Source: Eubacteriales bacterium (GTDB lineage Bacteria; Bacillota; Clostridia; Oscillospirales; CAG-272). From it: DNA of 64,000 nt. Below are positions 55,367 through 64,000 of this stretch, in pieces (the stretch's first letter is position 1; the number at the start of each line of letters is the position of its first letter). The notes under the pieces are model-generated. The model was not told where the DNA came from, did not search any database, and worked only from the letters and a program-made list of their open reading frames with translations. Made by a program: the position numbers and the translations under genes. The stretch spans positions 31,877-95,876 of the forward strand of contig JAZOMG010000052.1 in the NCBI GenBank assembly GCA_045653705.1, read 5' to 3'.

Positions 55367-56047
55367 TTATTTCAGCGCGGCGGCGAGCTTTTCAAGGGCG
55401 CATTTTTCAATACGGCTGACGTAAGAGCGGGAAATCTTCAGTTTTTCGGCTATTTCTCTTTGGGTCAAGGGCTTGCTTCGCCCGATGCCGTAGCGCAAAA
55501 TAATTATCTGCCGCTCGCGGTCGGTGAGGATAGTATTGACGAGCCGCACCGCTCGGTCAGAGGTTATTTTTCGCTCGATGTCCGAGGTGAGAGACTCGTC
55601 ACAGCTTATAACGTCAATGTAAGTCAAGGGGTTTCCGTCGCGGTCTACGTCGATCGTCTCGTTAAGAGATATTTCCGCCGCCAGCTTTTTCTGAGAACGG
55701 AAGTGCATAAGTATCTCATTTTGTATACACCTTGCGGCATAGGTGGCAAATTTCGCTCCCCCCGATACCCGAAAGGTGTCCACCGCCTTGATAAGCCCTA
55801 TTGTTCCTATGGATACTAAATCCTCTTGATTCTTGGCGGTGGCGTAATATTTTCTTACTATGTGAGATACTAAACGGAGATTTCGTAAAATAAGCTCCTG
55901 ACGGGCTTCATTGTCTCCCTTTTCCGCGCGGAGAAAGTATTCCTTTTCCTTTTCGGGGGAAAGAGGGGGTGGAAACTTTTGCGGCGTTGAAATGCCCAGT
56001 ATCAGATGAAAAAGATTTGACAGCAGAGAAAAGAGTTCGGTAAACAT
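55367..56047 (-). CDS. sigK: Sporulation sigma factor SigK (pro-sigma-K), uninterrupted
   Basis: ...KFPPPLSPEKEKEYF....GD..AR..LI.RNLRLV.HIV.K........DL.SIGTIGLIKA...F......KFATYAARCI.NEILMH.R......ISRSYVSRIEK.AL.K. I prefer the start MFTELF (GGGGG RBS) over the track ATG at 56059. Confidence 0.85.
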   Translation of the reverse strand: MFTELFSLLSNLFHLILGISTPQKFPPPLSPEKEKEYFLRAEKGDNEARQELILRNLRLVSHIVRKYYATAKNQEDLVSIGTIGLIKAVDTFRVSGGAKFATYAARCIQNEILMHFRSQKKLAAEISLNETIDVDRDGNPLTYIDVISCDESLTSDIERKITSDRAVRLVNTILTDRERQIIILRYGIGRSKPLTQREIAEKLKISRSYVSRIEKCALEKLAAALK

Positions 56048-56161
56048 AAAAACCCCCATGTAATAATTTGTATTTATATCCTACAAAAGTTTATGCGGGT
56101 AAAAATTAATAATTTCCTTTGGACAGGCGCATAATAAATACAAAAATTCAAGGAGATGTAT

Positions 56162-57568
56162 ATGCGTACCCTGACTAAGGATTACAAGGATAACGTAAGC
56201 TTTATGAATAAGGCGCTGAGGGTGGATGACAGCTTTGACGTGCTTTCAAAAACGCTGACGCTTCCCGACGGTGAGCTTACCTTTTATTTTATAGACGGCT
56301 TCGTTAAGGACACCGTAATGCAGAAGCTTATGACTCAGTTTATCTCAATTAAGAGAATGCCAAAAACGGCAGGGGAGTTTATGCGCTCGTCTGTGCCCTA
56401 CGTAGAGACCGACGTGAGCGCCGACGTTGATATAATGATACAGTCGGTAATGTCGGGAGCGACCCTTATGATAGGCTCCACATTTGGAGATGAGGCGGTC
56501 ATTATCGATAGCCGTACCTATCCCGCAAGAGAAACGGCAGAGCCCGAGGGCGACAGGGTAATGATAGGGTCGAGAGACGGATTTGTGGAAACACTTATAT
56601 TCAACACCGCCCTTATCCGCAGGCGTGTGCGAAACCCTGCGCTTACCATGAGCTATATGACCGTAGGGAGTGACTCGAGAACCGACGTTGTGGTCTGCTA
56701 TATGGCGGACAGAGCCGACCTCGGATACGTGGAAAAGATAAAAGGGAAGCTCTCGGCGGTAAAGACGGGGGCGCTTACGGTGGGTCACGAATCCTTAGCC
56801 GAATGTCTTATAAAAAAACGGTGGTATAATCCTTTCCCGAAGATAAGGACTACCGAGCGTCCCGACTCGGCTGCCGCTCAGCTTTTAGAGGGCGGAGTGT
56901 TGATAATAATAGATAACACTCCCCAGGTAATGGTACTGCCCTCTACCATATTTGACTTTATGCAGGAGTCTAACGATTTCTATTTTCCACCGCTGACGGG
57001 AACTTATATAAGAATTACAAGGTATGTGGTATTTTTTTTAACGCTTGTAATAACGCCTGTCTGGTATCTTCTGCTTCAATATCCTGAGCTTGCGCCGTCG
57101 TGGCTTGATTTTGCCATACCCGATACCCCGGGGCAGATACCTATAATCGCTCAGCTTCTGCTGGTGGAATTTATAATTGACGCTCTCCGTCTCGCTTCTC
57201 TCAACACGCCTAATATGTTAAATAACTCACTGTCTGTGGTGGGTGGCTTGATACTGGGAGATTTCGCCGTGGACATCGGCTGGCTTATCCCAGAGGTGAT
57301 ACTCTATATGTCCTTCGTTGCAATAGCCAACTTCACTCAAAGAAGCTATGAGTTGGGCTATGCTATAAAATTCCTCAGGATACTTCTTCTCATCCTAACG
57401 GCGATTTTCGGATTTTGGGGCTTTGTGGGCGGCTTTGCGCTGTCGGTTGCCCTTGTGGCTACAAATTCTACCGTCAACGGAAAGCGAAGTTATCTTTATC
57501 CCTTGATACCCTTTAACGGCAAAGCCCTGAAGACCCTCTTGCTTAGGGTAAGGAAAAAGGATGTCTGA
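56162..57568 (+). CDS. GerA-family spore germination protein / stage V sporulation protein AF-like
   Basis: ~468 aa. A soluble N-terminal GerA domain (...FYFIDGFVKD..., ...TPQVMVLP.T...F.Q...D.Y) plus C-terminal TM helices. The second ATG is preferred on RBS spacing. Confidence 0.8.
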   Translation: MRTLTKDYKDNVSFMNKALRVDDSFDVLSKTLTLPDGELTFYFIDGFVKDTVMQKLMTQFISIKRMPKTAGEFMRSSVPYVETDVSADVDIMIQSVMSGATLMIGSTFGDEAVIIDSRTYPARETAEPEGDRVMIGSRDGFVETLIFNTALIRRRVRNPALTMSYMTVGSDSRTDVVVCYMADRADLGYVEKIKGKLSAVKTGALTVGHESLAECLIKKRWYNPFPKIRTTERPDSAAAQLLEGGVLIIIDNTPQVMVLPSTIFDFMQESNDFYFPPLTGTYIRITRYVVFFLTLVITPVWYLLLQYPELAPSWLDFAIPDTPGQIPIIAQLLLVEFIIDALRLASLNTPNMLNNSLSVVGGLILGDFAVDIGWLIPEVILYMSFVAIANFTQRSYELGYAIKFLRILLLILTAIFGFWGFVGGFALSVALVATNSTVNGKRSYLYPLIPFNGKALKTLLLRVRKKDV

Positions 57569-57582
57569 GTTTAAATAAAAGA

Positions 57583-57623
57583 TCCGTCCGTGGGAGCTGA
57601 GGCTCTGCGGACGGAATTTTTTT
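57583..57623 (+). terminator. Rho-independent terminator after the spoVAF-like gene
   Basis: TCCGTCCG...CGGACGGA stem followed by ATTTTTTT. Confidence 0.75.
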
Positions 57624-57633
57624 GGTTTCCGAA

Positions 57634-57832
57634 AACCACCCGCGAGTGGTTCCAAAGAAGCTTTTGCCGATGAGTAATCCCGCCGCAGCGATAGCCTTCC
57701 CCAGCGGGGAAGGCTAAGGATTGTCGCCGCATTTGTGGCTGTAGTGCGGGGTTGCGAGTGTTAGATTTTTCGGTGGGGTTTCAGCCCCGCCGGTAATAGG
57801 GCAGAGCAAGCCACTTAGCCTGTGGTTATGAC
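57634..57832 (+). repeat. ~200-nt hairpin-rich repeat element, copy B (same orientation as copy A)
   Basis: See 31863-32080. Contains CCTTCCCCAGCGGGGAAGG (57695-57713) and CGGTGGGG-TTTCAG-CCCCGCCG. Termini are AACCAC...GTGGTT. Confidence 0.85.
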
Positions 57833-57893
57833 TGAGATGTTTCTTACATTTATTATATGTAATTACATAGGGTCGTAAATATTTAAAAAATAA

Positions 57894-57922
57894 TTGCATT
57901 TTTTTACAAAATATGATATAAT
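57894..57922 (+). promoter_or_regulatory. Extended -10 promoter of the ibrAB-like pair
   Basis: TTGCAT (57894-57899), 17-nt spacer ending TGA, TATAAT (57917-57922). RBS GGAG lies 7 nt before the GTG at 57952. Confidence 0.55.
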
Positions 57923-57951
57923 TATCCTATCAATTTTTTTGGAGAAAAACA

Positions 57952-59262
57952 GTGCAAAAGCAATACGTGCAAAAAAATGTATACGAGGCATTCCTTGAAA
58001 GAATGGATTTTTTGTTTGCCGAGTTTGAAAATATAGTTATCTCCTTTAGCGGCGGTAAGGACAGCGGACTTTTGCTCAATATGGTTTTGGACTATGCTGA
58101 GCGTACAGGCTCAAAAAAGAAGCTTTGTGTATTTCATCAGGATTTTGAGGCGCAGTATTCCTACACCACCGATTACGTAAAGAGGACCTTTGAGCGTTTG
58201 CGGGATAAAGCAGAGCTTTATTGGGTATGTCTGCCTATGGCGACAAGGACGGCAGTAAGCAATTACGAAATGTATTGGTATCCGTGGGATGACGAAAAAG
58301 AAGAGCTTTGGGTACGCCCTATGCCACAGGGATACTACGTTGTAAACCTCCAAAACAACCCCATAACCACCTATCGGTACAAAATGTCTCAAGAGGTTCT
58401 TGCCAAGCAGTTCGGCAAGTGGTATTCCGACAATCACGAGGGGAAAACGGCTATTCTTCTGGGTCTGCGGACAGACGAGTCTCTTTTCAGATATAGCGGC
58501 GTGTTGAATAAACGGTACGGCTATAAGGAGCAATGCTATATTACGCGGCAGTACAAGAATTGCTGGACGGCGTCTCCCATTTACACCTCGGACGTTTGGA
58601 CAGCAAATTACCGCTTTAGCTATGACTACAATAAAATATACGACCTCTACTATAAAGCGGGACTGGCTGTTGACAAAATGCGCGTTGCCTCGCCCTTTAA
58701 CGACTCCGCTGTTGAAAGCCTTAATCTTTACCGTGTGATCGAGCCCGATACGTGGCGGAGACTTATCGGTAGGGTCAAGGGCGTTAATTTCGGGGCTATA
58801 TACGGGAAAACAAGAGCTATGGGCTACGGAAAGCTTGAGCTTCCCGCGGGATATACGTGGGAGGAATACACAAAATTCTTACTTTCAACCCTGCCTGCCC
58901 CCATACGTAATAATTATATTAAAAAATTTGTAACTTCAATTGAATTTTGGCATAAAAGAGGAGGGGGGCTTCCTTGGGAGACTATATCCGAGCTTCGCGA
59001 CAATGGCTATAATATAGCCCTCAACGGCGTGTCAAACTATACGCTGAAGCATTACAATAAGGTGGTCTTTATCGATAAGATACCCGACCATACCGATGAT
59101 ATAAAGACAACAAAGGATATTCCGAGCTGGAAGAGAATGTGTATATGTATTCTGAAAAACGACCATATGTGCAAATCTATGGGCTTTGGCGTTACCAGGG
59201 AGCAACAGGCGATGATAACGGCTATAAGGAAAAAATACGGAAGCTATGACAAGGAGCTGTGA
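57952..59262 (+). CDS. PP-loop 'PAPS reductase'-family protein with a long C-terminal extension (IbrA-like, DUF3440-type architecture)
   Basis: 436 aa. PP-loop SGGKDS at 58048-58065 within ...NIVISFSGGKDSGLLLNMVLDY.... There is a ~200-aa C-terminal region beyond the ATP-PPase core. GTG start. Confidence 0.8.
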   Translation: MQKQYVQKNVYEAFLERMDFLFAEFENIVISFSGGKDSGLLLNMVLDYAERTGSKKKLCVFHQDFEAQYSYTTDYVKRTFERLRDKAELYWVCLPMATRTAVSNYEMYWYPWDDEKEELWVRPMPQGYYVVNLQNNPITTYRYKMSQEVLAKQFGKWYSDNHEGKTAILLGLRTDESLFRYSGVLNKRYGYKEQCYITRQYKNCWTASPIYTSDVWTANYRFSYDYNKIYDLYYKAGLAVDKMRVASPFNDSAVESLNLYRVIEPDTWRRLIGRVKGVNFGAIYGKTRAMGYGKLELPAGYTWEEYTKFLLSTLPAPIRNNYIKKFVTSIEFWHKRGGGLPWETISELRDNGYNIALNGVSNYTLKHYNKVVFIDKIPDHTDDIKTTKDIPSWKRMCICILKNDHMCKSMGFGVTREQQAMITAIRKKYGSYDKEL

Positions 59263-59267
59263 GCAAT

Positions 59268-59834
59268 ATGAAATTTAAAAGTCCTGTGTACGGTGTTATT
59301 GCCGTGCCTGTGGAAAAGGTTGAGGCAAATACATATAACCCCAATACCGTAGCACCCCCCGAGATGGATCTGCTTTACGACAGCATTCGCGAGGACGGCT
59401 ATACTATGCCCATAGTGTGCTATTACGATAGGCAGAGAGATAAATACGTTATCGTTGACGGCTTTCACCGCTATCGCGTTATGCTGGAAAACCCCGATAT
59501 TTATGAAAGAGAGCAGGGAATGATTCCCGTGTCGGTCATAGATAAGCCCCTTGACTGCCGAATGGCAAGTACCATAAGACATAACAGGGCGAGAGGAACT
59601 CACGACGTTGACCTTATGAGCAACATAGTCAGAGAGCTTCACGATCTCGGTCGCTCGGATGCGTGGATATCTAAGCATCTCGGAATGGATACCGACGAGA
59701 TACTGAGACTTAAGCAGATAACGGGGCTGTCGGCGCTCTTCCGCGACGGTCAGTTCGGTCAGGCATGGATACCCGTGGAGGATGACGGTGATATAGCTAA
59801 CCTCGACTACGCAAATGAAGAGAACTCAAGATAA
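59268..59834 (+). CDS. ParB/Srx-like N-terminal domain protein (IbrB-like)
   Basis: ...VPVEKVEANTYNPN...YVIVDGFHRYRV (59457-59474 encodes DGFHRY)...IRHNRARGTH. The start is either ATG 59268 or GTG 59259, which overlaps the upstream TGA. Confidence 0.8.
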   Translation: MKFKSPVYGVIAVPVEKVEANTYNPNTVAPPEMDLLYDSIREDGYTMPIVCYYDRQRDKYVIVDGFHRYRVMLENPDIYEREQGMIPVSVIDKPLDCRMASTIRHNRARGTHDVDLMSNIVRELHDLGRSDAWISKHLGMDTDEILRLKQITGLSALFRDGQFGQAWIPVEDDGDIANLDYANEENSR

Positions 59835-60008
59835 TATTTTTGCCATATTCACAGAAAGTTAACGAAAAATCTATATGTATATGGTACAATTTAATAAGGT
59901 TTTACCGTAGCTGTGCGTATCCGATAATTATTTGCGTTCCATGGCTTCGGAAAAATAAAATAAGCGGGTCGTTTTTACAGATCCGAAAACAGAAAGGAAG
60001 ACTTTGTT

Positions 60009-60641
60009 ATGAAAAAGTTTTTAGCGCTTACCTTGGTTCTTGCTACATTGGCTGTTTGCCTCGTGTCATGCGGCGGAAAGCCCGCTATCGAGATCAGCCC
60101 GTACGGAAAACTTCCCGAATGTTACGAAATAACGGTAGTTTCTCGTAACTGCCTGAGCGACGGTACGATCCTTGAAGACGAGTATATACAGGGCTGCGAT
60201 GCCGATGGGAACGTTTACGTGTACGACCTGAATGGCAAAGAGTGGTTATATCTTTCAAAGAACGGCGCTTATGATCTCTATACCGTAAATGAGGAGACCG
60301 AAAAGTTTGAGCTGGAAAAGGAAAATTCCGATGTGGGCGACAGATACCTCAGTAGCGTTTGCGGAATTGCATTCGAGATGCGCGGTTATCCATTAGAAAA
60401 AATAGATTCCCTTAACCTGCCCGCCGAGCTGAGCGGAAAAGAGCTTGTTTTCTTGGATGCCAAGCGCTTTGAGTACTATAACATAACCCTTGACAACGGT
60501 TCCCTCGAGGTTGCTGTGGAAAAGGAAACGGGAATATGCTTTTATAGCTTGAGCGAAGACGGAGATCTCACGTACATAAGCAAATATACCGTTCCGTATG
60601 AAGGAAATTACGCCGATATGGTTGGAGCGGATGCAAAATAA
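60009..60641 (+). CDS. Lipoprotein of unknown function
   Basis: MKKFLALTLVLATLAVCLVSCGG signal peptide and lipobox; 210 aa. Confidence 0.65.
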   Translation: MKKFLALTLVLATLAVCLVSCGGKPAIEISPYGKLPECYEITVVSRNCLSDGTILEDEYIQGCDADGNVYVYDLNGKEWLYLSKNGAYDLYTVNEETEKFELEKENSDVGDRYLSSVCGIAFEMRGYPLEKIDSLNLPAELSGKELVFLDAKRFEYYNITLDNGSLEVAVEKETGICFYSLSEDGDLTYISKYTVPYEGNYADMVGADAK

Positions 60642-60669
60642 TCTGTAATAGGTATTAAAATAATAGCGG

Positions 60670-60705
60670 GGGCGGTCTCAAATTTGGGTTTGAGACCGCC
60701 CTTTT
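60670..60705 (+). terminator. Rho-independent terminator after the lipoprotein gene
   Basis: GGGCGGTCTCA-AATTTGGGTT-TGAGACCGCCC followed by TTTT. Confidence 0.8.
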
Positions 60706-60813
60706 GACCGAAAAAACTCTTAAAAATGCCTAAAAAGCGGTTTGTTGTATAAAGCTAACAAAAATCGCTCCGAAACGCGCAAATAAATCTCTGTTATGCC
60801 CTAAAAAAATATC

Positions 60814-60842
60814 TTGCAATCTTGTCCGAGTTGTAGTATAAT
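60814..60842 (+). promoter_or_regulatory. Promoter of the S10 ribosomal protein operon, followed by a ~310-nt leader
   Basis: TTGCAA (60814-60819), 17-nt spacer, TATAAT (60837-60842). rpsJ starts at 61160. Confidence 0.55.
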
Positions 60843-61159
60843 TATCTAGCTTGATATGCGTTGAAGCGAGAGGTTGCTGTCGGAGTGACGTCTGACAGGT
60901 AATTTTCGCGGAGTATGTCCGTTAAATCGGGCGAAAGCATTTCTCTTTGCGGCGCCGTCTCCCTGTGGAGAAGCGCGGATCGACTTTCCCGAAGTTTGTT
61001 TGTGCAAATGCTGGTGTACCTACGAATTCGGCTTTTTAAATGAACGTCGAGAAAACGCACGGCACGGTGTTGAGAGATGCGCCCCTGAAAATGCGGTTCG
61101 CATTATTGCGACCCAACGCTGATGCGAACAGGCAAATCTATTAAAAGGAGGAAAAACAG

Positions 61160-61471
61160 GTGGCAGTCAAGGAAAAGATCAGAGTAAGACTTAAGAGCTA
61201 CGACCACACCATTATCGACGCGGCGGCAGAGAAGATAGTTGACGTTGCGAAGAGAAACGGCGCGGCAGTTTCGGGTCCTATTCCGCTTCCCACAGAAAAA
61301 GAGATCGTTACTATTCTTCGTGCGGTTCACAAGTATAAGGACAGCCGTGAGCAGTTTGAGATGCGCACGCACAAGAGACTTATCGACATTGTGAAGCCCT
61401 CGCAGAAGGTAGTAGACGCGCTCATGAGCATTGAGCTCCCCGCCGGTGTTGAGATCGAGGTAAAAATCTAA
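61160..61471 (+). CDS. rpsJ: 30S ribosomal protein S10
   Basis: [18 protein letters not shown].....IV..A...[11 protein letters not shown]; GTG start with AAAGGAGG upstream. Confidence 0.95.
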   Translation: MAVKEKIRVRLKSYDHTIIDAAAEKIVDVAKRNGAAVSGPIPLPTEKEIVTILRAVHKYKDSREQFEMRTHKRLIDIVKPSQKVVDALMSIELPAGVEIEVKI

Positions 61472-61597
61472 CGTCAAGCACCAAGGTCCACGGCAAAAAC
61501 AAAGATAACAGCCGATGCAAGTTATCCTTACAGTTCGGCAACTTTGTAAGTCATGTTGGCAAAATGTCAACCAATAATTTACAGGAGGAAAAACAAA

Positions 61598-62227
61598 ATG
61601 AAAAAAGGCATTATCGGTAAGAAGATCGGCATGACACAGATCTTCGACGAGGTCGGAAACGTAATTCCGGTCACGGTAATCCAGGCAGGTCCCTGCGCAG
61701 TAGCGCAGAAAAAGACAGTTGAGACCGATGGCTACAATGCTATCCAGCTCGGTTTCATGGATGCTAAGGAAAAGCATCTCACAAAGGCAGAGAGAGGTCA
61801 CTTCGAGAAGGCAGGCGTTTCCCTTAAGAGACACCTCAAGGAGTTCCGTCTTGATGATGTATCCGCAATAAACGTTGGCGACGATATTACCGCCGATACC
61901 TTCGCCGCAGGCGACAAGGTCGACGTAACAGGTATAACAAAGGGACGTGGTTACACAGGATGCGTTAAGAGATGGGGTCACCACATTCTCCGTATGACTC
62001 ACGGTACAGGTCCTATCCACCGTCAGCCCGGTTCTATGGGTGTTATTGACCCTGCGAGAATCTTCAAAAATAAGAAGATGCCCGGTCAGTACGGTAACGA
62101 GCAGGTAACCGTACTCAATCTCAAGGTTGTTAAAATCGATTCCGAAAAGAATCTTATCGCTCTTAAGGGTGCCGTTCCCGGCGCTAAGGACGGTATCGTA
62201 TTCATTCGCGATTCGATAAAAGCATAA
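61598..62227 (+). CDS. rplC: 50S ribosomal protein L3
   Basis: [19 protein letters not shown]...PVTVI.AGPC. Start at ATG 61598 (GGAGG upstream). Confidence 0.95.
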   Translation: MKKGIIGKKIGMTQIFDEVGNVIPVTVIQAGPCAVAQKKTVETDGYNAIQLGFMDAKEKHLTKAERGHFEKAGVSLKRHLKEFRLDDVSAINVGDDITADTFAAGDKVDVTGITKGRGYTGCVKRWGHHILRMTHGTGPIHRQPGSMGVIDPARIFKNKKMPGQYGNEQVTVLNLKVVKIDSEKNLIALKGAVPGAKDGIVFIRDSIKA

Positions 62228-62246
62228 GCGAAGGAGGAAATGAATA

Positions 62247-62957
62247 ATGGCTAATATTAAGGTATTCAATATGGCTGGTAAGGAAGTCGGCGAAATGACT
62301 CTTTCCGACGCTATATTCGCAAGAGAAGTAAATGAAGCTGTCCTCCACGCTGCTGTCAGAGCATATCTGATGAACCAAAGACAGGGCACACAGTCCACAC
62401 TTACCCGTACCGAGGTATCGGGCGGCGGTAAGAAGCCTTGGAGACAGAAGGGAACAGGCAGAGCGCGTCAGGGCTCTACCCGCGCACCTCAGTGGACACA
62501 CGGCGGCGTAGCTCTCGGCCCGAAGCCCAGAGATTACCGCACAGGTATGAACAAGAAGACCAAGAGAGTTGCTCTCTTCAGCGCTCTTTCGGCTAAGGTT
62601 GCCGCTGGCGAGCTCATCATCGTTGACGAGATCAAGATGGAAGCTTACAAGACCGCCGAGATGGTTAAGATGTTCAAGGCTCTCGGTTGCGAGAAGACTG
62701 TTACTAAGAACTATAAGGTAACCACCGTTGTTGACGGAGAGGTTGTAAGAGAGAGAAAGACAAGAGAGGCAACAGTCGCTCAGAGCGCTCTCGTAGTTCT
62801 TCCCGCGGTTGACAAGTTCGTAATCGGAAGCTGCAACAATATCCCCGGTGTGGAGACCACACTTTACAGCACCATCAACGTATATGAGGTGCTGAAGGCT
62901 GAGAAGGTTGTTATGACCCGCGCAGCTGTTGAAAAGCTTGAGGAGGTGTACGCGTAA
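62247..62957 (+). CDS. rplD: 50S ribosomal protein L4 (with a ~29-aa internal insertion)
   Basis: [31 protein letters not shown]. 236 aa against about 207 in B. subtilis. Confidence 0.95.
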   Translation: MANIKVFNMAGKEVGEMTLSDAIFAREVNEAVLHAAVRAYLMNQRQGTQSTLTRTEVSGGGKKPWRQKGTGRARQGSTRAPQWTHGGVALGPKPRDYRTGMNKKTKRVALFSALSAKVAAGELIIVDEIKMEAYKTAEMVKMFKALGCEKTVTKNYKVTTVVDGEVVRERKTREATVAQSALVVLPAVDKFVIGSCNNIPGVETTLYSTINVYEVLKAEKVVMTRAAVEKLEEVYA

Positions 62958-63250
62958 TGAAAATGGTACAGGATATCATCATTAAGCCTATCATCACAGA
63001 GGCAAGCATGGACGCTCTCGCTGCAAAGAAGTATACCTTTAAGGTTGCTTCCGACGCAACAAAGCCCGAGATCGCAAAAGCGGTTGAGACAATGTTCGGC
63101 GTAAAGGTAGCGGACGTTAACACGATTTCAATGAAGAAGAAGCCCAAGAGACTCGGCGTTCACTTCGGATACACATCCGAGTGGAAGAAGGCTGTTGTTA
63201 CCCTTACAGCAGACTCCAAGACCATCGAGTTCTTCGACGGCCTTAACTGA
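62957..63250 (+). CDS. rplW: 50S ribosomal protein L23
   Basis: ...[11 protein letters not shown]........KYTFKV...A.K.EI..AVE..F.VKV..VNT. Confidence 0.95.
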   Translation: MKMVQDIIIKPIITEASMDALAAKKYTFKVASDATKPEIAKAVETMFGVKVADVNTISMKKKPKRLGVHFGYTSEWKKAVVTLTADSKTIEFFDGLN

Positions 63251-63269
63251 TGGTAGGAGGTAAAGAAGA

Positions 63270-64000
63270 ATGCCTACAAAGAAGTTTAAGCCTACTACAC
63301 CGTCCAGAAGACATATTCCAGTGCCCACCTTCGAGGAGATAACAAAGTTTACTCCCGAAAAGAGCCTGACAGTTGTTAAAAAGAAATTCGCTGGACGTAA
63401 CAGCTACGGCAGAATCACCGTTCGTCACAGAGGCGGCGGAAACAAGGTAAAGTACAGAATTATCGATTTCAAGAGACTGAGCACAGCTCCCGCAACCGTA
63501 ATCGGTATCGAGTACGACCCCAACAGAAGCGCATACATCGCGCTCCTTCAGAATGAAGCAGGCGAGAAGAGCTACATCGTAGCTCCCGTTGGTCTTAAGG
63601 ATGGCGATAAGGTCTACACAGGACCCGACGCAGACATTAAGCCCGGTAACACTCTCCCCATCGAGAACATTCCCGTTGGTACTTTCATTCACAACATCGA
63701 GCTTTACCCCGGCAAGGGCGCTCAGCTCGTTCGTTCCGCAGGCGTTGCAGCGCAGCTCATCTCTAAGGAGAATGGCGTAGCGCAGGTAAGACTCCCCTCG
63801 GGCGAGGTAAGAATTATCCGTCTTGATTGCAAGGCTACTATCGGTCAGGTTGGTAACATCGAGCATGATACCGTTAAGATCGGTAAGGCAGGTAAGACAA
63901 GACATATGGGCATCAGACCCACAGTACGCGGTTCCGTAATGAACCCCTGCGATCACCCTCACGGTGGTGGTGAAGGTAAGTCTCCTATCGGACGTCCTAC
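63270..64000 (+). CDS. rplB: 50S ribosomal protein L2 (3'-truncated by the window end)
   Basis: Not in the ORF track (no stop in the window). My translation is [26 protein letters not shown]...[24 protein letters not shown]... Confidence 0.93.
   Translation, partial: MPTKKFKPTTPSRRHIPVPTFEEITKFTPEKSLTVVKKKFAGRNSYGRITVRHRGGGNKVKYRIIDFKRLSTAPATVIGIEYDPNRSAYIALLQNEAGEKSYIVAPVGLKDGDKVYTGPDADIKPGNTLPIENIPVGTFIHNIELYPGKGAQLVRSAGVAAQLISKENGVAQVRLPSGEVRIIRLDCKATIGQVGNIEHDTVKIGKAGKTRHMGIRPTVRGSVMNPCDHPHGGGEGKSPIGRP

Noticed and set aside
57714-57899. A 61-aa minus-strand ORF overlapping repeat copy B, considered as a possible small protein encoded by the element.
   Set aside because: The ORF is not preserved in copy A (indels and stops), has no RBS, and extends into the AT-rich ibrA promoter. 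It is more likely fortuitous.
57952-59262. The PAPS-reductase-family ORF was considered as an assimilatory CysH or as DndC of a phosphorothioation (dnd) cluster.
   Set aside because: No cys genes or dndA/B/D/E (or dptF-H) neighbours are present. The partner is a ParB/Srx protein and the size and architecture fit the IbrA/IbrB pair instead. It is therefore reported as a module of unknown function, not as CysH or DndC.
60914-61042. A 42-codon ATG ORF (MSVKSGESISLCGAVSLWRSADRLSRSLFVQMLVYLRIRLFK) in the S10 leader, considered as a leader peptide.
   Set aside because: The GGAG is only 2 nt from the ATG, so the spacing is poor. The composition shows no regulatory logic such as runs of specific codons. 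It is treated as non-coding pending conservation analysis.

Overview
This window looks like a chromosomal segment from a spore-forming Firmicute. Clostridia/Oscillospirales-like is my inference from gene content, the sigK and spoVAF genes and codon style; G+C is about 50% in my hand samples. Almost all of it is recognisable housekeeping DNA. It holds an AraC/GH127 arabinofuranosidase pair and a small repair/nucleotide cluster (UDG, DUF1015, GDPD, NUDIX, rnhA). A shikimate/phenylalanine operon follows (aroB-aroA-aroC-MFS-pheA-aroE::aroK-aroQ). On the minus strand is the B. subtilis yloC...thiN-type block (yicC-remA-gmk-rpoZ-priA-def-fmt-Zn peptidase-rsmB-rlmN-PASTA protein-rsgA-thiN). Then come efp, rpmG-secE-nusG-rplK-rplA, purC, glcK, nth, proB, zapA, a U32 peptidase, tRNA-Pro(CGG), GH3/HAD, a liv-type ABC transporter, murE with an aspartate racemase, GNAT-manA-pyk, sigK, spoVAF/gerA and the start of the S10 operon (rpsJ-rplC-rplD-rplW-rplB'). 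The items worth a second look are listed here. (1) An IbrA/IbrB-like PP-loop 'PAPS reductase' + ParB/Srx two-gene module with its own promoter sits just upstream of the S10 operon. (2) A roughly 200-nt hairpin-rich element is present in two near-identical direct copies (31.9 kb and 57.7 kb) plus a diverged inverted copy inside the aro operon. The two good copies bracket the segment that interrupts the usual rplA -> rplJ...rpsJ ribosomal gene order. (3) Several families of mosaic palindromic intergenic repeats occur. (4) A kinase-less PASTA protein sits in the prkC slot. (5) MurE has DNPD instead of DNPR and lies next to an Asp racemase and a truncated ligase-like ORF. (6) There are unusually long leaders upstream of the S10 operon, rpmG and the lone tRNA. 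No CRISPR array, transposase, integrase or prophage gene was seen.
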